Assembly: GCA_044229975.1 (NCBI GenBank)
Contig: JBGARZ010000006.1
Location: forward strand, 160,001 to 224,000
Origin: Polyangiales bacterium
GTDB lineage: Bacteria; Myxococcota_A; Polyangia; Polyangiales; Ga0077539
DNA length: 64,000 nucleotides
Direction of reading: 5' to 3'
The translations under genes were made by a program, and so were the position numbers. The notes below the pieces were generated by a model, which saw nothing but the letters and a program-made list of their open reading frames with translations, ran no database searches and was not told the origin of the DNA. Shown here piece after piece: positions 55,894 through 64,000 of this stretch (the stretch's first letter is position 1; each line of letters begins with the position of its first letter).

Positions 55894-56421
55894 ATGAGCG
55901 CGCGCATACAGAAGGACAGCGGGTTCTCGGTGGTGGTGCACGACGAGCGCTACGAGGTGACGGGGTCGACGATGGCGCAGCTCCGCGCGATGGCGGCGCT
56001 GCTCGGGCCGGGCAAGGGCGGCGAGCGCTACGTGGCGTACACCGCGTGGGAGCTGCGCTGGGAGTACACGCGGGCGGTGGGCGATCGCGGGTGGTGCCTG
56101 GCGGGCGCGAAGGTGACGACGGTGGCGACGCGGACGCTGCCGCGATGGACGCCAGCGCGCTCGGCGGACGCAGCGGTGGTGGCGCACTGGGACGACTACG
56201 TGGCGGCGCTGGCCGAACACGAAGAGGGCCACGTGCTCATCGGCGCGGAAGCGGGCCGCGCGCTGTACGAGGCGCTCAAGGGGCTGCCACCGTGCGCGAC
56301 GAGAGAGGCGCTGGACGCGCTGGCGGGAGAGACCGCCGCGCGGGTGTCGGAGGAGTACCGGGTGCTGGAGGTGGCGTACGACGCGGAGACGGGGCACGGG
56401 GCGACGCAGGGGTGTGCGTGA
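55894..56421 (+). CDS. DUF922-like zinc-dependent protease
   Basis: YEVTGST, AYTAWELRW, LPRW, LAEHEEGH, YDAETGHGATQG. Confidence 0.82.
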   Translation: MSARIQKDSGFSVVVHDERYEVTGSTMAQLRAMAALLGPGKGGERYVAYTAWELRWEYTRAVGDRGWCLAGAKVTTVATRTLPRWTPARSADAAVVAHWDDYVAALAEHEEGHVLIGAEAGRALYEALKGLPPCATREALDALAGETAARVSEEYRVLEVAYDAETGHGATQGCA

Positions 56422-56463
56422 TCGGACGAGTCAGCGCGGGTCGCGTGCGGTGTGACGGGGAGA

Positions 56464-56623
56464 AGCCGCAGGGGCGCGAGGGTCGCAAGGGAAAGAAAGA
56501 GCAAATGAGGGACGAAAGGTTGCGATGTGTGATCCGAGGCTTGTCGCGTTGAAGCCACACATCGCAGAGCTTGGGCTCGCGAGGAGCATCTCCTGTCCTC
56601 GCGACCCTTGCGCCCTTGCGGCT
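56464..56623. repeat. Nested inverted repeat (REP-like, family E) between convergent genes
   Basis: Outer 27-bp arms 56464-56490 and 56597-56623 (3 transition mismatches); inner tgcgatgtgtg/cacacatcgca at 56521-56566. Confidence 0.75.
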
Positions 56624-59423
56624 ACTCCCGCCGCCGCCTCTTCCCCGCCATCCACAACCCGACCACCACCACGCCCATCCACCCCTTCGCTCCGCTCGTG
56701 CGCCCCGGCACCGCGCACCCGCAGCCGTCGTCGCCGCCCGCCACCACTGGCGTGCCCGTGTCCATCGTCGCGCCCGCGTCTGTCGCCGTCGCCGCGTCCA
56801 TCGCCACCACGCCGCCATCCACCACCGGCACCGGCAGCGGAACCGTCCCCGGCGGCGGCGTCATCGCCGCGGGCAGCGCACGCCGATCGAAGTCGAAGCG
56901 CGCCGGCTCGCTGAGCGCCATCGTCGCCAGATAGAACAGCGTCGCCTCCCACAGGTGCGGGATGGACACCCGGTTCTCGCGGCCCACCACTCCACCGTCC
57001 GGCCCGCGCATCGTGACGAACACCTCGCCCATCACCTGCGTGTCCTCGCTGATGACATCGCGCGACAGGCGCACCAGCGCCTCCTCCACCAGCGGGCGCA
57101 GCGTCGGGTCACCACCGCGCGACACGAACACCGCCGCCGACAGCATGGTCTTCGTGAGGTACGCGCCGCCCTCGGTCCCGGTGTCGCCGCGGAGCTGCGC
57201 GAGGATCTGCTCCATGTCGCCGCGCATCTGCCGCGCCATGCGCTCATCGCTCACCGGGAACATCGACGCCGGCCACACCATCCACGCCGTCGCGCCCAGC
57301 GCCGACGAGCCCGGGTTGCTCGCCGCCGCGCCGGTCACGTCGTTGACGAAGCGCTGCGTGCGCGTGTCGTAGAAGCGCCGCGTGAGCGCATCGCGCAGCT
57401 CTGACGCTCGCCGCTCCCAGCGCGCGGCCACCGTCGGCTGACCCATCAACCGGGCCACCCGCGCCGACGCTTCGAGCGCCGCGAACACCGTCGTGCCGCC
57501 GTGCATCGTCGCCGAGAACGCCGCGTTGTCGTCCTCGTTGGCCAGCGCGTGCAGCCCCGTCTCCGCGTCGCGCCAGTCGGCCAGCAGGTCGGCGCTGCGC
57601 TGGATGCGCGGCCACCAGCGCGTCGCCACCGTCATGCGCTCGGACTCGGGGAGAAACGCGAGGTGCGTCGACGCCGACCAGATCATCAGCGCGGTGTTGT
57701 CGATCTCGAAGCGGAAGAACCCGCCCATCGCGCCGGTGTTGTAGTAGTTCATCTCCCACGCGGCCTCGGGGTACTGCCGGGTGCCAGTGCGCGGGTCGAT
57801 GGGCGGCCGCGGGTCGGTGAGGATGTTGGTGTCCGACTGCCCGAGCGGCATCTCCCGCTGCAACGGCAGCGCCCAGTCGAGCCGCCGCGTGGACATCGCC
57901 GGCAATCCCCCGACGTCGAACGCGTCGTCGAAGAACGCCCCATCCCGCGGCCAGTCGAGCCCGTACGGCGCCTGGCGCGCGATGGAGGCCACCACCATGC
58001 CCGTGGTGGCATCAGTCCCGTTGATGACGTGGAGCATCGCCCGGTGCGCCGCCCGCACGATGCGCGCGCGATCGGCCGAGGGGATGGTGTCGGGCAGGTG
58101 TTCGGGCAGCACGAGGGCGCCCGCGCGGCGCGTCCACTCGGCGCTGTCGCGCGCGATGATGGCATCGGCCGTGAGCCCGCGCGCGGTGGTGTACGCGCCC
58201 CTCGCCTCGGTGGCCGTCGCGCCGAAGGCGATGAACACGCGGGCCTCGCCGTTCATACCCGTGACGGTAAACGGAACCCGCATGGCGGAGTCGTTGAGGT
58301 ACGCGGCGACGGGGTTGCCTGCGAGGCTGTTGGTGTTGGCGAGCGACCACGCGGAGGGCGTGCTGCGGGTCCAGTTGCGGGCCGCCGAGACGCGCGACGG
58401 ACGCACGGCGTCGGGGCAGCGGAATCCGCTGGCGAGCCCCGGGTCGAGCGGCAGCGGGATGCCCGACGTGCGCAGCGCGAGCACGTTGTCGACGAGGCGC
58501 CCGAGCTCGTCGCAGAAGTCGTCGCCCTCGCGACCGGCGTGGAAGGCATCGGCCCGCGGCTCGCTGCCCACCACCGCATAGACGCCGGGCATGAAGGTCG
58601 TATCGAGCGACGCAGCCACGGCATCGACGTCGGCGGTGAGGTCGCCATCGCGGCGAAGCAGCGCGTCGAGCGGGCCGAAGTGGTCGGCGGGAAACGCCGC
58701 GCCGCCGAGCAGCGAGGGGATGTCGGTGATGGGCGCGCGATCGCGCGGGCGGAAGTGCACGAAGGCCCCGAGGGCGCTGTCGTGGACGACGCCGAAGTCG
58801 TTGCGGCTGTCGGCGAGGACGTCGCCGAAGGGGAGTCGCGGGACGACGTTCTGGGTGAGGCCGAGGTTGCTGTGCACCATGAGCGCGATGCTGCGGATGC
58901 CCATGCCCGCCGCATCGTTGCTGCGCACATAACGAACGCGCCGCTGGAGCACGTCGGGCGACGGGAGCACGGCGTCGTCGAGGGTGACGGTGAGCCCGCC
59001 GTCGACGCGGGTGAAGACCACGCGCGGCTGGAGGGAGTTTTCGTCGGCGTAGCTCGCGACGGCGCGCCACCGGGCGGGGTCATGAAACCACTCGACGCGC
59101 GTTCCAGCGGCCGTCTCGACGACGAGCCCCATGGCGACGCCGAAGCCCTCGCGGACGCCGGTGCGCGGTTGGGTGCGCGCGTCGAGGGCGTTGGTGGAGA
59201 GGTGCGTGAGCTGGTCGCAGCACGAGGGCGACGGCCAGGTGAGCACGGCGACGTCGCCGTCGCGCGTGATGCCCGCGCTGAGCCGGCCGTGACCCGCGAC
59301 CATGTGCAGCGGCGACGCGCCGAGGGCGTGCTCGACGGCGCTGAGTGCCACGGGGCGCGGCTGCGCGGCTGCGACGGAGGTGGCGAGGAGGAGCGCGAGG
59401 ACGGAGGCGACGCGGGTACGCAT
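56622..59423 (-). CDS. Secreted GH15-like six-hairpin glycosidase with MYXO-CTERM-type sorting tail
   Basis: Signal peptide AAA-Q; GMVVAS, YGLDWPRDGAF, FEIDNT, MGE, PHLWEATLF; tail GCGCAV + TM + KRRRR. Confidence 0.8.
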   Translation of the reverse strand: MRTRVASVLALLLATSVAAAQPRPVALSAVEHALGASPLHMVAGHGRLSAGITRDGDVAVLTWPSPSCCDQLTHLSTNALDARTQPRTGVREGFGVAMGLVVETAAGTRVEWFHDPARWRAVASYADENSLQPRVVFTRVDGGLTVTLDDAVLPSPDVLQRRVRYVRSNDAAGMGIRSIALMVHSNLGLTQNVVPRLPFGDVLADSRNDFGVVHDSALGAFVHFRPRDRAPITDIPSLLGGAAFPADHFGPLDALLRRDGDLTADVDAVAASLDTTFMPGVYAVVGSEPRADAFHAGREGDDFCDELGRLVDNVLALRTSGIPLPLDPGLASGFRCPDAVRPSRVSAARNWTRSTPSAWSLANTNSLAGNPVAAYLNDSAMRVPFTVTGMNGEARVFIAFGATATEARGAYTTARGLTADAIIARDSAEWTRRAGALVLPEHLPDTIPSADRARIVRAAHRAMLHVINGTDATTGMVVASIARQAPYGLDWPRDGAFFDDAFDVGGLPAMSTRRLDWALPLQREMPLGQSDTNILTDPRPPIDPRTGTRQYPEAAWEMNYYNTGAMGGFFRFEIDNTALMIWSASTHLAFLPESERMTVATRWWPRIQRSADLLADWRDAETGLHALANEDDNAAFSATMHGGTTVFAALEASARVARLMGQPTVAARWERRASELRDALTRRFYDTRTQRFVNDVTGAAASNPGSSALGATAWMVWPASMFPVSDERMARQMRGDMEQILAQLRGDTGTEGGAYLTKTMLSAAVFVSRGGDPTLRPLVEEALVRLSRDVISEDTQVMGEVFVTMRGPDGGVVGRENRVSIPHLWEATLFYLATMALSEPARFDFDRRALPAAMTPPPGTVPLPVPVVDGGVVAMDAATATDAGATMDTGTPVVAGGDDGCGCAVPGRTSGAKGWMGVVVVGLWMAGKRRRRE

Positions 59424-59471
59424 GACGGCTACGGGAGTATCACGATTGGGGAGTGGGCCCGCTCGCCGTGC

Positions 59472-59693
59472 CGGAGTTCGCGTGACCCCATGAGCCCGGG
59501 TGCAGTCGCTCACTCCGGGCTATTTCAGGTGGTCACCTCGCTGCGCGAGGTTGCAGCACGGGTCTCAACGAAAAACCCAGTGACCTGTTCATCACCAACC
59601 GTGAGTCCCTGCAACCTCGCGCAGCGAGGTGACCACCTGAAATAGCCCGGAGTGAGCGACTGCACCCGGGCTCATGGGGTCACGCGAACTCCG
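59472..59693. repeat. Perfect 85-bp inverted repeat with 52-nt spacer (REPIN/MITE-like)
   Basis: 59472-59556 is the exact reverse complement of 59609-59693; each arm has two internal hairpins (agcccgg...ccgggct and acctcgc/gcgaggt). Confidence 0.95.
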
Positions 59694-59703
59694 CCCGCTG
59701 ACG

Positions 59704-60756
59704 TCAGCCCGCGGCCTCGTCGTAGCCGACCATGCGGTTCTTGTCCGGGTCCCACAGCTTCAGCGCGAAGGCCGCGCGGATGTCCTTCAGCCGCAGCGAG
59801 GTGCGCCCCGGGTTCTGCAGCTCCGGGATCTCCGCCATCGCCTCGGGCAGCCGATAGAACGGGATCTGCGGGTTGAGGTGGTGCACGTGGTGGTACCCGA
59901 TGTTGCCGGTGAACCAGTGCATCAGCGGCGACATCTCCATGAAGCTCGACGACTCCACGGCGGCGCGCGTGTAGCTCCACGTCTGCCGCGGCTGCACGTG
60001 GATGTCCGGGAAGTTGTGCTGCGCGTAGAAGAGGTACGCCCCCAGCGCCGTGGCGATGGCCACCGACCCGATGACGCCGGTGAGCGCCGCGCCGAAGCCC
60101 AGGAAGTACGTCACCGCGACGATCTGCGCGACGTGCAGCACGAACGCGAGCGCCGAGTCCCAGTGCTTCTTCTTCGCCTTCAAAAACGGCTTCACGCACA
60201 TGCCCAGCAGGAACACCGTGAGGTACCCGCCGCCCACGTTGTACGGCGAGCGCATGAGCCGGTACATCAGCTGCTGCGACGGCGTCGCCTGCCGGTACAT
60301 CGCCGGGGTCAGCATCATGTACGAGCCGATGTGCGAGCCCACCAGCTTCGCCGTGTGCGCGTGATGGTAGTTGTGCGACTCCTTCCAGATGCGCGGGGGC
60401 GTGAGGATCCACAACCCATACGCCCAGACCACCGCGCGGCAGACCCGCGCCCACAGCGCGTTGCCGCGGCACATCGCCGTGTGCATCACGTCATGGAACA
60501 AGATGAACGCGCGCACCGCCACGAGCCCCGTGAACACCGTGAACGGCAGCCGCGCGTACCAGGGCAGCGGCAGCGCCGTCGCGAGCGTGAGCCCGATCGC
60601 CCACAGCCCCAGCGTGCTGGCCACGACCCACACCGTGCGCGCGGGGCTCTCCACCGCGTAGGGCCGCGACGCGTCGATGAGCACCTTGCCCTCGCGGGCG
60701 GTCGACTTCTCGTCAGTCATGTCCGATGAAATGTTGGTGGGCAGCGCGGAGTCCAT
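59704..60756 (-). CDS. Membrane fatty acid desaturase
   Basis: Three His boxes HDVMH, HNYHH, HHVHH; YLFYAQHNF, IPFYRL. Alternative start at 60720. Confidence 0.92.
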   Translation of the reverse strand: MDSALPTNISSDMTDEKSTAREGKVLIDASRPYAVESPARTVWVVASTLGLWAIGLTLATALPLPWYARLPFTVFTGLVAVRAFILFHDVMHTAMCRGNALWARVCRAVVWAYGLWILTPPRIWKESHNYHHAHTAKLVGSHIGSYMMLTPAMYRQATPSQQLMYRLMRSPYNVGGGYLTVFLLGMCVKPFLKAKKKHWDSALAFVLHVAQIVAVTYFLGFGAALTGVIGSVAIATALGAYLFYAQHNFPDIHVQPRQTWSYTRAAVESSSFMEMSPLMHWFTGNIGYHHVHHLNPQIPFYRLPEAMAEIPELQNPGRTSLRLKDIRAAFALKLWDPDKNRMVGYDEAAG

Positions 60757-60856
60757 GGACGTCTTGCGACGTCGTATAGCCCCGTTGTTCGCGGTGGTGA
60801 AGAACCCCCAACCGATATCTCCCAACGCGCAATAGGCGCGTCACCCGCGCACGTTT

Positions 60857-61720
60857 CTACGCACCTCGATGACCGCGCGTCACGTCGATGATCATGCCCT
60901 CGCGCGCGGCGACAGAGCGCTCGAACGCCCCCTGGGCGCGTCGCTCTTTCGCCACCACCGCGGCGTCATCCTGGTTGGGGTCGTGGTGGTAGAGCACGTA
61001 GGTGCCGACGTTCGCCTCCTGCGCGATGCGGGCGCCGTCCATCATGGTGCTGTGCCCCCAGCCGCGACGCGAGCCGCGGCCGTCACCGCCATCGAGCTCC
61101 TCGGGCGTGAACTGCGCGTCGTAGATGAACACGTCGGCTCCGCGCGCGAGCTCGATGATCGCGCCGTCGTGCAGCGACGAGCTCTCCGTATCCGTCGCGT
61201 ACACCACCGAGTGCCCCTTCCACTCGACCCTCCACGCAAACACCCCATCGGGGTGGTTGCCCTCGACGCCGTACACCACCACGCCATCACCAACGGTCAC
61301 GCGCTGGCGCTGCTGGAGGTCATGGAAGGTGAGCGCGGCCTCGATTTCCTGGAGGTGCACCGGGAAGTACGGGTCGGCCATCTGGCCGCCGAGCGCGTCG
61401 CGCACGGTGCGTCCCTCGCGCTGACCGGCGTGGAGGATGAAGCTGCTCTTGGGGTCGAAGGCGGGCGCGAAGAAAGGAACGCCCTGGATGTGGTCCCAAT
61501 GAACGTGGGAGAAGAAGACGTGCGCCTCGATGGGCCCTTTGTGGCGGAGCGTCTCGCCGAGCTCGCGTAGACCGGTCCCACCATCGAGGATGATGCGCTC
61601 ATCCCCGGCCTGAACCTCGACGCAGCTCGTGTTGCCACCCACCAGGACCGTGCGCGGACCTGGAGTGGCAACACTCCCACGAACCCCCCAGAAGGTGACG
61701 TCGAAACCGTCGTGTCGCAC
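60857..61720 (-). CDS. Metallo-beta-lactamase-fold hydrolase (RNase Z/phosphodiesterase-like)
   Basis: FWGVRGS, GGNTSCV, SHVHWDHIQG, YATDTE, GHST, HHDP. Confidence 0.9.
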   Translation of the reverse strand: MRHDGFDVTFWGVRGSVATPGPRTVLVGGNTSCVEVQAGDERIILDGGTGLRELGETLRHKGPIEAHVFFSHVHWDHIQGVPFFAPAFDPKSSFILHAGQREGRTVRDALGGQMADPYFPVHLQEIEAALTFHDLQQRQRVTVGDGVVVYGVEGNHPDGVFAWRVEWKGHSVVYATDTESSSLHDGAIIELARGADVFIYDAQFTPEELDGGDGRGSRRGWGHSTMMDGARIAQEANVGTYVLYHHDPNQDDAAVVAKERRAQGAFERSVAAREGMIIDVTRGHRGA

Positions 61721-61766
61721 TGTGCAGGAGTTCTATCCCCCGGTGCGGCGAACGGTCAACGAACGA

Positions 61767-62003
61767 TCAAGCCTGGATCTGGGCGGCCTTCACGCGAGCA
61801 ATGTACGCGCTCATCGGCTCGTCCATGTGCGGCGTGGGGAGCGCGCGGGCGTCTTCGACGCCGAGGCGGTTGGCGGCGCCGGCGAGGTAGCCGCAACGGA
61901 GCGCGGCGCGACGGCTCATCGCCTTCACCGGGCGCTTGTTGAGCTGCGTGGTCACGAAGACCCAGGCGGACTTGTCGGCGGTGCGGAACTTCGGCTTCTG
62001 CAT
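61767..62003 (-). CDS. Small basic hypothetical protein (78 aa)
   Basis: ATG at 62003 with AGAAGGA RBS; typical codon usage; downstream of gyrB. Confidence 0.65.
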   Translation of the reverse strand: MQKPKFRTADKSAWVFVTTQLNKRPVKAMSRRAALRCGYLAGAANRLGVEDARALPTPHMDEPMSAYIARVKAAQIQA

Positions 62004-62086
62004 GACGATCCTTCTAGAAACGAGGGAGGCGGTAGGTACCCGACGACCGGAGTTCCTGTCAAATGGGACTCCCGACGGTCTGAGCC

Positions 62087-64000
<1,914 letters not shown>

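Overview
Very GC-rich bacterial chromosomal window, most likely Myxococcota (Polyangia-like), judged from a MYXO-CTERM-type tail, Ser/Thr kinases and myxobacterial-type lipoproteins. It holds about 55 CDSs. No rRNA, tRNA, CRISPR array, integrase or transposase was recognised. Housekeeping and metabolic genes include glgA, a fumarase, hrcA, miaE, a cardiolipin synthase, a maltodextrin-type ABC transporter with a fused binding protein-permease, and a partial gyrB. Accessory modules: (1) a fragmented ethanolamine microcompartment (eutC-eutL-eat without eutB, plus a separate eutE; both enzymes carry encapsulation-peptide-like N-termini); (2) two divergent Septu-like ABC-ATPase + HNH defence pairs, one beside a nucleotidyltransferase/small-ORF pair and one beside hipBA; (3) an orphan spike cassette encoding a PAAR-like/C39-like peptidase fusion, a VgrG with an internal helical-repeat insertion, and a DUF922-type metalloprotease; (4) a lysyl-oxidase lipoprotein divergent from a beta-propeller lipoprotein/ferritin-like/ATP-grasp/acyltransferase gene run; (5) an orphan SctJ next to a pseudokinase. 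Intergenic DNA carries many long inverted repeats (REP/REPIN/MITE-like) of several families. The window also shows a sawtooth G/C skew and probable leaderless promoters. All calls come from motif recognition by eye; no database searches were run.
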